Assembly (NCBI GenBank): GCA_964626515.1
Contig: CAZVGH010000002.1
Location: 1 to 39,414, forward strand
Direction of reading: 5' to 3'
Length of the DNA: 39,414 nucleotides
DNA from: an uncultured Alistipes sp.
GTDB lineage: Bacteria > Bacteroidota > Bacteroidia > Bacteroidales > Rikenellaceae
Under the pieces are notes generated by a model. That model was not told the origin of the DNA. It ran no database searches and was given only the letters and a program-made list of their open reading frames with translations. This document shows positions 8,210-17,492 of the stretch, piece by piece (position 1 is the first letter of the stretch; each line of letters starts with the position of its first letter). Position numbers and translations under genes: made by a program.

Positions 8210-9547
8210 ATGAAAATCGTGATTGCGGGTGCCGGCGAGATGGGCAGTCACCTGGCGAAAATGTTGAGCGGCAACGGCCACGACATCACCGTCATCGACG
8301 GCGATCAGAAACTTCTTGCCGAGGTCTCGAGCCTGGCCGACGTCATCACCGTCGAGGGCGACTCGACCACCTTCGCCGTGCTGCGGCGCGCCGCCGTGCG
8401 CCGCTGCGACCTCTTCATCGCCGTGAACCACGAGGAGAACGACAACCTGGTGGCGGCGATTCTGGCCAAGAAGCTCGGCGCCAAGAAGTCGATCGCGCGC
8501 ATCGACAACAACGAGTACCTCGAGCCCAACAACAAGGAGCACTTCATCGACATGGGTATCGACTACCTCTTCTATCCCGAGAAGATCGCCGCGCGCGAGG
8601 TCATCAACCTGCTGGGCCACACCGCGACGACCGAGTACGTCGATTTCTCGGGCGGCAAACTCTCGCTGGCGGTCTTCCGCCTCGAGCCGTCGTCGCCGCT
8701 CATCGGCCGTTCGCCGCTCGGTCTCGACGGCGCGGAGCAGCCCGCCTACCGCACGGTGGCCCTCACGCGCGACGGACAGACGATCATCCCGACGGCCGAC
8801 GAATGCTTCTCGGAAGGCGACACGGCCTATATCATCGCGCGGCAGGATGCCGTGGCGGCGGTCATGGAGTTCTCGGGCCGCTCGAACATCGAGGTGAAGA
8901 ACATGATGATCCTCGGCGGCTCGCGCATCGGCATCCGCATCGCGACCGAGCTGCAGGAGGAGATGAACATCAAGCTCATCGACTACAACGGCGAGAAGGC
9001 CTACCGGCTGGCCGAGCGGCTCGACAAGACGCTCATCATCAACGAGGACGGCCGCAATACGGAGGCGATGCTCGAGGAGGGCCTTTCGAACATGGACGCC
9101 TTCGTGGCCGTGACGGGCCGCAGCGAGACGAACATCCTTACGGCGATGCTCGCCAAGCGGATGGGGGTCAAGAAGGTGATCGCCGAGGTCGAGAACCTGA
9201 ACTACATCCACCTGGCCGACTCGGTCGGCATCAATACGATCATCAACAAGAAGCTCGTCACGGCGTCGAACATCTTCCGCTTCACGATGTCGACCGACGT
9301 GCAGGCGATCAAGTGCCTCACGGGCAGCGATGCCGAGGTGCTGGAGTTCATCGTCAAGCCCAACTCGCCCGCCACGAAGGCGCGCATCCGCGACCTCGGC
9401 CTGCCGGCCGACGTGATCGTGGGCGGCATCGTACGCGGCGACAAGGTCTTCATCGCCGTGGGCAACACCGAGATCCGTCCCTACGACCGCGTAGTGGTCT
9501 TCTCGATGCCGGCTTCGGTGGGCAAGGTGGGACGTTTCTTCAATTAG
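8210..9547 (+). CDS. trkA: Trk potassium uptake NAD-binding protein TrkA
   Basis: Two RCK_N/RCK_C pairs; MKIVIAGAGEMG and ILGGSRIG. Confidence 0.95.
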   Translation: MKIVIAGAGEMGSHLAKMLSGNGHDITVIDGDQKLLAEVSSLADVITVEGDSTTFAVLRRAAVRRCDLFIAVNHEENDNLVAAILAKKLGAKKSIARIDNNEYLEPNNKEHFIDMGIDYLFYPEKIAAREVINLLGHTATTEYVDFSGGKLSLAVFRLEPSSPLIGRSPLGLDGAEQPAYRTVALTRDGQTIIPTADECFSEGDTAYIIARQDAVAAVMEFSGRSNIEVKNMMILGGSRIGIRIATELQEEMNIKLIDYNGEKAYRLAERLDKTLIINEDGRNTEAMLEEGLSNMDAFVAVTGRSETNILTAMLAKRMGVKKVIAEVENLNYIHLADSVGINTIINKKLVTASNIFRFTMSTDVQAIKCLTGSDAEVLEFIVKPNSPATKARIRDLGLPADVIVGGIVRGDKVFIAVGNTEIRPYDRVVVFSMPASVGKVGRFFN

Positions 9548-9558
9548 CCGATCACGCC

Positions 9559-11088
9559 ATGTCGCTCACGAGCCGTCTTTTTCGCCGATACCTCGACTAC
9601 CGCCTGCGGCGGATCGACCGTTTCCGCCGCCACCCCGCGGAGGTGCAGGCCGAGCAGCTGCGCGAACGTCTCGAGGCGGGCCGCCGCACGAGCTTCGGCC
9701 GCGAGCTGGGGCTGGAGCGGGTCCGCACGGCGGAGCAGTTCCGCGCGGCGGTGCCGTGCTTCGACTACGAAGCCTTCAAGCCCTTCGTCGAGCGGATGCT
9801 GGCGGGCGAACGTTCGGTGACGGCCCCCGGCCGCGTTACGCTCTACGCCCGCTCGTCGGGTACGACGGCCGACCGCAGCAAGTACCTGCCTATCACGCGG
9901 ACCTCGATCCTGCGGAACCATACGCTCGGCATGCGCGACGCCGTGGGGCTCTACCTCGACGCCTTCCCGCAGTCGAAGCTGCTCGAGGGGCGCACGCTCA
10001 CGCTCGGCGGCACCTGCCGGTGCGAAGGGACGAATCTGGTGGGCGACCTCTCGGCGATCCTGCTGCACGAGACGGCCCGCTGGGGTGCCTCGATGCGGGC
10101 GCCGCGGACCGAAACGGCGCTCGAGGCCGATTTCGAACGGAAGATCGACCGCATCGCCGCCGAGTGCGCCCCGCAGCGCATCACCGCCTTCGCCGGGGTG
10201 CCGTCGTGGAACCTCGAGCTGATGCACTGCGTGCTGGAGCGGACGGGCCGCCGCCACCTGCGGGAGGTGTGGCCCGGGCTGGAGCTTTTCCTCCACGGCG
10301 GGGTCGAGTTCCGTCCCTACCGGCGGGCCTACGAGCAGCTCGTGCCCGCGGCGGACATGCACTACATGCAGACCTATAACGCCTCGGAGGGCTATTTCGC
10401 GACCGCCGACGACCTCTCGCGGGAGGATATGCTGCTCATGCTCGACTACGGCACCTACTACGAGTTCCGCGACGGCGACGAGGTGGTGCCGCTCGAGGGG
10501 GTGGTGCCGGGGCGCGTCTACGCGATGCTCGTCACCTCGAACAACGGCCTGTGGCGCTACGAGATCGGCGACACGGTGGAGTTCACCTCCGTCGATCCCT
10601 ACCGCATCCGCTTCGCGGGACGCACGCGGCAGTTCATCAACGTCTTCGGCGAGGAGCTGATCGTCGACAACGCCGACCGCGCCCTTGAGGAGGCCTGCCG
10701 CAAGACGGGGGCCGTGGTGAACGAATATACGGTGGCGCCGTGCTACATGTCGCTCGACAGCCGCGGCGCCCACGAGTGGATCGTGGAGTTCGCCGCCGAG
10801 CCCGACTCGCGCGAGCACTTCGCCGAGGCGCTCGACGAGGCGCTGCGGCGCGTCAACTCGGACTACGACGCCAAACGCCGCTCGACGATCGAGCGGCAGC
10901 ACCTGACGGTGGTCGGACGGGGCTGGTTCCTCGGCTGGCTGCGCCGCAAGGGCAAAAACAAGGTGCCGCGGCTGGTGAACGACCGCCGCGTGGCCGACGA
11001 AATACACCGCGAGCTGGAGGCTTCGGGCCGGACCGCTGCGGCGAACGGAGAAACCGACAACCAAACCGAACAGATACCATGTATATAG
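9559..11088 (+). CDS. GH3 (auxin-responsive promoter) family acyl-adenylating enzyme
   Basis: SSGTT, YNASEG, WRYEIGD, FAGRT, NSDYDAKR, KVPRL motifs; ATG 12 nt after the trkA stop. Confidence 0.9.
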   Translation: MSLTSRLFRRYLDYRLRRIDRFRRHPAEVQAEQLRERLEAGRRTSFGRELGLERVRTAEQFRAAVPCFDYEAFKPFVERMLAGERSVTAPGRVTLYARSSGTTADRSKYLPITRTSILRNHTLGMRDAVGLYLDAFPQSKLLEGRTLTLGGTCRCEGTNLVGDLSAILLHETARWGASMRAPRTETALEADFERKIDRIAAECAPQRITAFAGVPSWNLELMHCVLERTGRRHLREVWPGLELFLHGGVEFRPYRRAYEQLVPAADMHYMQTYNASEGYFATADDLSREDMLLMLDYGTYYEFRDGDEVVPLEGVVPGRVYAMLVTSNNGLWRYEIGDTVEFTSVDPYRIRFAGRTRQFINVFGEELIVDNADRALEEACRKTGAVVNEYTVAPCYMSLDSRGAHEWIVEFAAEPDSREHFAEALDEALRRVNSDYDAKRRSTIERQHLTVVGRGWFLGWLRRKGKNKVPRLVNDRRVADEIHRELEASGRTAAANGETDNQTEQIPCI

Positions 11089-11702
11089 CAATCGCCGGAA
11101 ATATCGGCAGCGGCAAGACGACGCTGACGCAGATGCTGACGGAGCGATACGGCGCCAAGGCCTATCTCGAGAATATCGACAACCCCTACATCGGCGATTT
11201 CTACGAAGATATGAACCGTTGGTCGTTCAATCTCCAGATCCGCTTCTTGGCCAGCCGCATCGACCAGACGATGGAGATGCTCGCCGACAAGAACCAGCAC
11301 ATGATCATCCAGGACCGCACGATCTACGAGGACGCCTACATCTTCGCGGGAAACCTCCACGAAATGGGGCTCATGTCGTCGCGCGACATCGACACCTACA
11401 TGCGCATCTTCCGTCTGGTGACGCATCTCGTGCCGAAACCCGATCTGCTGATCTACCTCCGCGCCTCGGTGCCGACGCTCATCTCGCAGATCCGCAAGCG
11501 CGGCCGCGACTACGAGATGAACATCGACGAAGCCTACCTCGGCCGTCTGAACGACAAGTACAACCGCTGGATGGATTCGATCTACGAGGGGCCCGTGCTG
11601 ACCGTCGACAAGGACCGCGAGGACTTCGTGGCCGATCCGGAGGTCTTCGAGCGCATCTGCGCCGAACTCGACAAGCGGGATATTCAGAAGCGCCTGTTCT
11701 GA
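11079..11702 (+). CDS. Deoxynucleoside kinase
   Basis: IAIAGNIGSGKTT P-loop, DRTIYED, PDLLIYL, IRKRGRDYE lid. Confidence 0.93.
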   Translation: MYIAIAGNIGSGKTTLTQMLTERYGAKAYLENIDNPYIGDFYEDMNRWSFNLQIRFLASRIDQTMEMLADKNQHMIIQDRTIYEDAYIFAGNLHEMGLMSSRDIDTYMRIFRLVTHLVPKPDLLIYLRASVPTLISQIRKRGRDYEMNIDEAYLGRLNDKYNRWMDSIYEGPVLTVDKDREDFVADPEVFERICAELDKRDIQKRLF

Positions 11703-11703
11703 T

Positions 11704-13086
11704 ATGGAGTTGCCTGCACGATTCGTCGAACGGCTGTGCGAGCAGCTGGGGGCGGCCGAGGCGGAGCGCCTTGCCGCGGCGCTCGACGGCCGTCCGCCCG
11801 TCTCGATCCGTCTGAACCCCGCCCGCGAAGGGGGCGAAGCGCTGCTGCAACGGCTGGAGTGCCGTGCGGCGGTGCCTTGGTGCGAGGGGGGATACTACCT
11901 GCGCGAACGCCCCTCGTTCACGCTCGACCCCGCCTTCCATGCCGGGTCCTACTACGTGCAGGAGGCCTCGTCGCAGTTCGTCGGACGGCTGCTGCCCGCC
12001 GAGACGGCGGGGCTGCGCATCCTCGACCTTTGTGCCGCCCCGGGCGGCAAGACGACCCTCTACGCCTCGAAGGCGGGTCCGGAGGGGCTGGTCGTGGCGA
12101 ACGAGATCGACCGCAAGCGGGTGCAGATCCTCGCGGACAACGTCCGCAAATGGGGTACGGGCAACGTCGTGGTTACCTGCTGCGACCCGCAGCGCATGAC
12201 GGGGGTCGACGGCCGCTTCGACGTGGTGGCGGTCGATGCGCCCTGCTCGGGCGAGGGGATGTTCCGCAAAGACGATACGGCCCGCGCTGAGTGGAGCGAA
12301 CAGAACGTGCGGCGGTGCGCCGCCCGACAGGATGCGATCCTCGACGATGCGTGGCGGATGCTGTGCCCGGGCGGAACGCTGATATACAGCACCTGCACCT
12401 TCAACCGCGAGGAGGACGAGGGTTCGCTCGAACGCTTCCTCGAACGCGCAGGCGGCGAGGTCGTCGAAGCGCCCGCGGCGGAGCTTCCCGAACAGTGGGG
12501 GATCGTCGGCGGACGGGTCGGCGTCTTCCGAACCTTCCGCTTCTTCCCGCACCGGGCCGAGGGCGAGGGTTTCTTCGCCGCCGTGGCCCGCAAGGCGGAG
12601 ACGGCGGCTGCGGGAGGCCGTCCGCCGAAGGCGAAGCGGTCGCCCCTTGCACCGGTCGACCGCACGACGCGGGCCGAGCTGGCCCGCTGGGTCGCCGATC
12701 CCGCGGCGATGAGTTTCGGCATGGCGGGCGACACTTGCTACGGCTGGTTCGCCGCGCAGGCCGCCGAGGTGCGGCTGCTGGCCGAGCAGCTCCCCGTGGT
12801 CTACTCGGGCGTGGCGATGGGGCAGCTCTTCAAGGGACGCCTCAAGCCCGATCCCGCGCTGGCCTGCTTCGCTGGACTGAACCGTGCGGCGCTGCCTGCG
12901 GCGGAGCTTACGGAGGAGGAGGCGACGGCCTACCTGCGCAAGCAGGAGGTGCCTGCCGCAGCCTTTGCCGAAGGGATGAACCTCGTCTGCCGCGAGGGGC
13001 GCGCGCTGGGCTTCGCCAAGCGCATCGGCGCCCGTGTCAACAACCTCTATCCGAACGGATGGCGGATCCTGAAAAACGACGATTGA
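11704..13086 (+). CDS. RsmF/NOL1-NOP2 rRNA cytosine-C5 methyltransferase
   Basis: YYVQEASS, LDLCAAPGGKT, DAPCSGEG, YSTCTF motifs. Confidence 0.92.
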   Translation: MELPARFVERLCEQLGAAEAERLAAALDGRPPVSIRLNPAREGGEALLQRLECRAAVPWCEGGYYLRERPSFTLDPAFHAGSYYVQEASSQFVGRLLPAETAGLRILDLCAAPGGKTTLYASKAGPEGLVVANEIDRKRVQILADNVRKWGTGNVVVTCCDPQRMTGVDGRFDVVAVDAPCSGEGMFRKDDTARAEWSEQNVRRCAARQDAILDDAWRMLCPGGTLIYSTCTFNREEDEGSLERFLERAGGEVVEAPAAELPEQWGIVGGRVGVFRTFRFFPHRAEGEGFFAAVARKAETAAAGGRPPKAKRSPLAPVDRTTRAELARWVADPAAMSFGMAGDTCYGWFAAQAAEVRLLAEQLPVVYSGVAMGQLFKGRLKPDPALACFAGLNRAALPAAELTEEEATAYLRKQEVPAAAFAEGMNLVCREGRALGFAKRIGARVNNLYPNGWRILKNDD

Positions 13087-13099
13087 ACCGAAGAACGAT

Positions 13100-13678
13100 A
13101 TGGCCGAAAAACTCTTTTATTCGATGGGCGAGGTGTCGGAGCTCTTCGACGTGAATCCCTCGCTGCTGCGTTACTGGGAGGAGCAGTTCCCGAAACTGCA
13201 GCCCAAGCGCAACAAGAAGGGCAACCGCCTCTACTCGCCGCAGGACGTCGAGCTGCTCAAGACGATCTACCACCTGGTCAAGGAGCGCGGCATGAAGATC
13301 GAGGGGGCCCGCAAGGCGCTGCGCGGGGAGTTGCGCCCCGGCACCGTCTCGCGACAGGCAGAGCTGATGGAGCGGCTGCAGCGCATCCGGGCGCAGCTGG
13401 TCGAGGTTCGCGAGGAGCTGAAGGCCGACGACGAACTGCCGGCCGACCGCGCGGCGGATATTCCCGCCGTATCGGCCGCACCTGCCGTACCCGCCGCTGT
13501 CGCGTCTGCGGAACCTGTCGAAGCGGAAGCAGCCGAAACGCCTGCCGTCGCGCCCTCTTCCGCCGAACCCTCTTCGGCCGAGCAGCCTTCCTCCTCGCGT
13601 CCGCGCCGCCCGCGCCGTAAAAAGGAGGAGGGAGAGACGAAAGAGCTCTTCGCTTTTTATGAACAGTCGCTATTCTGA
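13100..13678 (+). CDS. MerR-family HTH protein with long low-complexity tail
   Basis: YSMGEVSELFDVNPSLLRYWE...GNRLYS...GMKIEGA. Confidence 0.88.
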   Translation: MAEKLFYSMGEVSELFDVNPSLLRYWEEQFPKLQPKRNKKGNRLYSPQDVELLKTIYHLVKERGMKIEGARKALRGELRPGTVSRQAELMERLQRIRAQLVEVREELKADDELPADRAADIPAVSAAPAVPAAVASAEPVEAEAAETPAVAPSSAEPSSAEQPSSSRPRRPRRKKEEGETKELFAFYEQSLF

Positions 13679-13692
13679 AATATCCGATACCC

Positions 13693-14475
13693 ATGAAACT
13701 CAAAACCGTAACCGATGCGATCGAAGCCTTCGCGCCGCTGCGCTGGCAGGAGTCGTATGACAACTCGGGGCTTGTCGTGGGGCGCCCCGACGACGAGGTG
13801 CACCGCGCGCTGCTGGCGGTCGACGTGACCGAGGCGGTGCTCGACGAGGCCGAACGCGAGGGCTGCGATCTGGTCATCACGCACCATCCGATCATCTTCC
13901 ATCCGCTCAAGCGGTTCAATTCGGCGTCGGCGGTCGAGCGCTGCGTCGAGCGGGCGATTCGCCGCGGCATCGCCCTCTACGCCTGCCATACGAACCTCGA
14001 CAGCGCTCCCGGCGGCATGAGCTGGCGGCTGGCCGAGCGGTTGGGGATCGGTGCGCTGAGCCTGCTCGAAGCCTCGGACAAGGGCGACGGCGCAGGTTTC
14101 GGTGTGGTGGGCGAGCTTCCCGAGGCGGAGCCGACGATCGCGCTGCTCCGCCGCATCCGGGACGGGCTGGGGATCGGCGCGATCCGTTACAGCGCGCCTG
14201 CGACCGAAACGGTGCGCCGCGTGGCCCTCTGCACGGGGGCGGGCGCCTCGATGATCGGGGCGGCACGCGCCGCAGGGGCCGAACTCTACCTGACGGCCGA
14301 TCTGAAATATAACGATTTCATGACCCCCGATGGAGCGCTGACGGTGGCCGACATCGGCCATTTCGAGAGCGAATATGTCGCAATTGATCTGTTATTTGAT
14401 ATTTTGTCGAAAAAATTATGTACCTTTGCGGTCTTGAAGAGCGGTGCAAGCCGCAATCCGATCCGTTATTTGTAA
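13693..14475 (+). CDS. Nif3/YbgI-like dinuclear metal centre protein
   Basis: ESYDNSGL, ITHHP, HTNLD, GHFESE motifs. Confidence 0.93.
   Translation: MKLKTVTDAIEAFAPLRWQESYDNSGLVVGRPDDEVHRALLAVDVTEAVLDEAEREGCDLVITHHPIIFHPLKRFNSASAVERCVERAIRRGIALYACHTNLDSAPGGMSWRLAERLGIGALSLLEASDKGDGAGFGVVGELPEAEPTIALLRRIRDGLGIGAIRYSAPATETVRRVALCTGAGASMIGAARAAGAELYLTADLKYNDFMTPDGALTVADIGHFESEYVAIDLLFDILSKKLCTFAVLKSGASRNPIRYL
14421..14428 (+). promoter_or_regulatory. Internal -7 element in the nif3 3' end
   Basis: TACCTTTG in an abruptly AT-rich stretch about 70 nt before ATG 14500. Confidence 0.55.
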
Positions 14476-14499
14476 GCGAATAAATACACGATAAACAAG

Positions 14500-15264
14500 A
14501 TGGCAACACAGAAAAAGACGCAGGAAGCGGATTATTCGATGCAGGAAAAGATCCTGGCTCTCTACGAGTTGCAGAAGATCGACAGCAAGATCGACGCGAT
14601 CAACAAGGTGAAGGGCGAACTGCCGCTCGAGGTGCAGGACCTCGAGGACGAGATGGCCGGCCTCAAGACGCGCATCGACAACATCAACGCCGAGATCGAG
14701 GAGCTCAACACGCTCACCAAGCAGCGCAAGCGCGAGGTGGACCAGGCGAAGATCCAGATCGCCAACTACAAGGAGCAGCAGAACAACGTCCGCAACAACC
14801 GCGAGTACGACGCGATCACGAAGGAGATCGAATACCAGGAGCTCGAGATCGAGCTGGCTGAGAAGCGTCTGAAAGAGTATGCCGCAGCCGTGAAAGTCAA
14901 GAAGGCGGCGCTCGAGACTGCCGAGACCGAGGCTGCGGGCCGCGAGGCCGATCTGAACCTCAAGCGCGAGGAGTTGACGGGCATCGAGGCCGAGACGGCG
15001 CCGCAGGTGGCCGAGTACGAGGCACAGGCCGCGCTCGCCAAGCAGAAGATCGACGAGCGTCTGATCGTCGCCTACGACCGTATCCGCCGCAACGTCCGCA
15101 ACGGCATGGCCGTCGTGACGGTGAAGCGCGATGCCTGCGGCGGCTGCTTCAACCACATTCCGCCCCAGCGTCAGGCCGATATCCGGCAGGGCAAGAAGAT
15201 CATCATCTGCGAGTACTGCGGCCGTATTCTGGTCGCCGATCCCGAGGAGCAGGCTGCCGAGTAG
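14500..15264 (+). CDS. Coiled-coil C4-type zinc ribbon protein (DUF164/CT398-like)
   Basis: LYELQKIDSKI, long coiled coil, CGGC...CEYCGRIL. Confidence 0.92.
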   Translation: MATQKKTQEADYSMQEKILALYELQKIDSKIDAINKVKGELPLEVQDLEDEMAGLKTRIDNINAEIEELNTLTKQRKREVDQAKIQIANYKEQQNNVRNNREYDAITKEIEYQELEIELAEKRLKEYAAAVKVKKAALETAETEAAGREADLNLKREELTGIEAETAPQVAEYEAQAALAKQKIDERLIVAYDRIRRNVRNGMAVVTVKRDACGGCFNHIPPQRQADIRQGKKIIICEYCGRILVADPEEQAAE

Positions 15265-15397
15265 GCACCGGCCCGCAGGGGGGGGAGATCGCAGAATCGC
15301 GCGCAACGACTGAGACCGCAAAGGGTTCGCAGGGGCTTCCGCAGTGAAAGGCGTTCCGTACCCGGGCGCCGCGACGAACGGCGCAGCAGCAAACAGG

Positions 15398-15436
15398 GCG
15401 TCCGATACCGAACAAAGGTGTCGGACGCTTTTTTTT
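15398..15436 (+). terminator. Intrinsic terminator
   Basis: GCGTCCGATACC / GGTGTCGGACGC stem followed by T8. Confidence 0.85.
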
Positions 15437-15572
15437 GTGCCGTGAGCCGCGCTGCCTATACACGCTGCATGTCCCGCGTTGCCTGCGTTTTCCGTGACGG
15501 GATAGCCGCTGCCGGCTGCGCATCCGAGCCTGACTTCCGCCGCCCTCGAATATTTCCGCGGCATTCCTGTTA

Positions 15573-15645
15573 ACCTCTCCGCACCTCTCCGCACCTCTCC
15601 GCACCTCCCTGCACCTCCCTGCATCCCCATGCCCCCCCCTGCACC
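15573..15645. repeat. 10-bp tandem repeat, about 7 degenerating copies
   Basis: (GC)ACCTCTCC x3, GCACCTCCCT x2, GCATCCCCAT, GCCCCCCCCT, GCACC. Confidence 0.85.
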
Positions 15646-15771
15646 GTTCCGCTGACCGCCTCGGAGGGCCGCCCGGATGCGAATCGCGAGCGAAAAAGGG
15701 CCGATGCGCCCAAAGTTGCCTTTTGTTAAGATATTAACACCGTTTTATTTTCGTCTTAACCAAATAATCGT

Positions 15772-15779
15772 TACCTTTG
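15772..15779 (+). promoter_or_regulatory. -7 promoter element of nadE
   Basis: TACCTTTG in AT-rich DNA about 47 nt before the ATG. Confidence 0.6.
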
Positions 15780-15825
15780 CCCTGTCCGAAAGACCCACTT
15801 TTGTTTGACGAAAATTGCTGCTACG

Positions 15826-17403
15826 ATGAAAATTGCTCTGGCCCAATTGAACTATACGATCGGCGATATCGAAGGCAACTGCGCCAAAATTATCGAAGCC
15901 GTCGAGCGTGCGAAAACCGAACGGGCCGATCTGGTTCTCTTTGCCGAGCAGGCAGTCAGCGGTACGCCCGCCTTCGATCTGCTGCGTAAAACCACCTTCC
16001 TGGAACTTTGCGAAGATGCGCTCGAACGCATCGCCGCTCACTGCGATACGATCGCCGCGATCGTCGGATCGCCCGTCCTGACGACCGAGGGTACGATCTC
16101 GGCGGCCGTCGTCATGGAGGAGGGCCGCGTGCAGCACTGCATCGGCAAGAAACGCATCACGGCCCGCCGCGAGATGGGCTTCCTGACCGGCGGCGAGGGC
16201 TCCCGTTGCGTAACGATCAAGGGCCGCAAGTGCGTCGTGGTGGTCGGCGACGACATGCGCTTCGAAACCGAGTACGACCATTCGGCCGAACTCATCATTT
16301 CGATCAACGCCCGCAAATACTACAAGGGGGTGATGACCTACCGCCTCGAGACCCTGCGCAACGCGGCGCTGGTCGAGGGCAAGGAGATCATCCTTATCAA
16401 TCAGGTCGGCGGTTCGACCGAAATCGTCTACGACGGTACGTCGGGCGTGGTGAACAGCCGCGGCGAGCTGGCGCTCATGATGAAGAGCTTCGAGGAGGAT
16501 TTCCGGATCTACGACACCGAGGCGGAGCACACGCCGATCGAGATCCCGAAGCAGATGCACCGTACCTACATGGTCTTCGAGGCGGCCTGCTGCGGTCTGC
16601 GCGACTATTTCCACAAGAACGGATATACGAAGGCCTGCATCGGCCTCTCGGGCGGCATCGACTCGGCCGTCGTGGCCTGCATCGCCGTCGAGGCGCTCGG
16701 CCGCGAGAACGTGCGGGCGCTGCTGATGCCGTCGCCCTTCACGGCCGAGACTTCGGTCGAGGATGCGCGGCAGCTGGCCGAGCGGCTGGGCATCGCCTAC
16801 GAGGTGATTCCCATCTCGGACATCTATGCGCAGGTCCTCGCCGTGATGAACCCCGTCATCGGCGACATCAAGTTCGACCTGATGGAGGAGAACATCCAGA
16901 CCCGCATCCGCACGATGCTCCTCATGGCCCTGCAGAACAAGACGGGCTACATGATGCTCAACTCCTCGAACAAGAGCGAGAACGCGCTGGGTCTCTGCAC
17001 CCTCTACGGCGATACGGCGGGCGCCTTCAGCCCGACGGGCGATATCTACAAGAGCGAGATGTACGACGTGGCGCGCCACATCAACCGCATCCGCGACAAC
17101 GTCATCCCCGAAAACATCCTGACCAAAGAGCCTTCGTCCGAGCTGCATATCGGTCAGAAGGACAGCGATATCCTGCCTCCCTACGAGGTGGTGGACGCCA
17201 TCCTCTACCGCATGATCGAGGAGAGCCAGCACCGCGAGGAGATCATCAACGCGGGCTTCGACTCGGAGGTCGTGGAGAAGATCCACGCGATGATTATGCG
17301 CAACGAAAAGAAGCGCTACCAGTTCCCGCCCGTGCTGCGACTCTCGTCGTGCGCCTTCGGGCACGAGCGACTGATGCCGCTCACGAACAAATACGGTGAC
17401 TGA
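15826..17403 (+). CDS. nadE: NAD+ synthetase with N-terminal nitrilase-like domain
   Basis: MKIALAQLN...GDIEGN; GLSGGIDS, ENIQTRIR, NKSE, TLYGD, PSSEL, NEKKRYQ. Confidence 0.92.
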   Translation: MKIALAQLNYTIGDIEGNCAKIIEAVERAKTERADLVLFAEQAVSGTPAFDLLRKTTFLELCEDALERIAAHCDTIAAIVGSPVLTTEGTISAAVVMEEGRVQHCIGKKRITARREMGFLTGGEGSRCVTIKGRKCVVVVGDDMRFETEYDHSAELIISINARKYYKGVMTYRLETLRNAALVEGKEIILINQVGGSTEIVYDGTSGVVNSRGELALMMKSFEEDFRIYDTEAEHTPIEIPKQMHRTYMVFEAACCGLRDYFHKNGYTKACIGLSGGIDSAVVACIAVEALGRENVRALLMPSPFTAETSVEDARQLAERLGIAYEVIPISDIYAQVLAVMNPVIGDIKFDLMEENIQTRIRTMLLMALQNKTGYMMLNSSNKSENALGLCTLYGDTAGAFSPTGDIYKSEMYDVARHINRIRDNVIPENILTKEPSSELHIGQKDSDILPPYEVVDAILYRMIEESQHREEIINAGFDSEVVEKIHAMIMRNEKKRYQFPPVLRLSSCAFGHERLMPLTNKYGD

Positions 17404-17492
17404 AACCGGTGAACGGGGCGGCGAAGGGCCGGTGGCGGAACCGCAGCGCTTTCGGCGCCCTCCGAACGAAAACAGACAAAGGAGCACGAACG

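Noticed and set aside
8803-9558. N-terminal extension of the 761-aa ORF
   Set aside because: Overlaps trkA out of frame; the GH3 protein starts at 9559.
15573-15645. CRISPR array
   Set aside because: 10-bp units with no spacers, and no cas genes.
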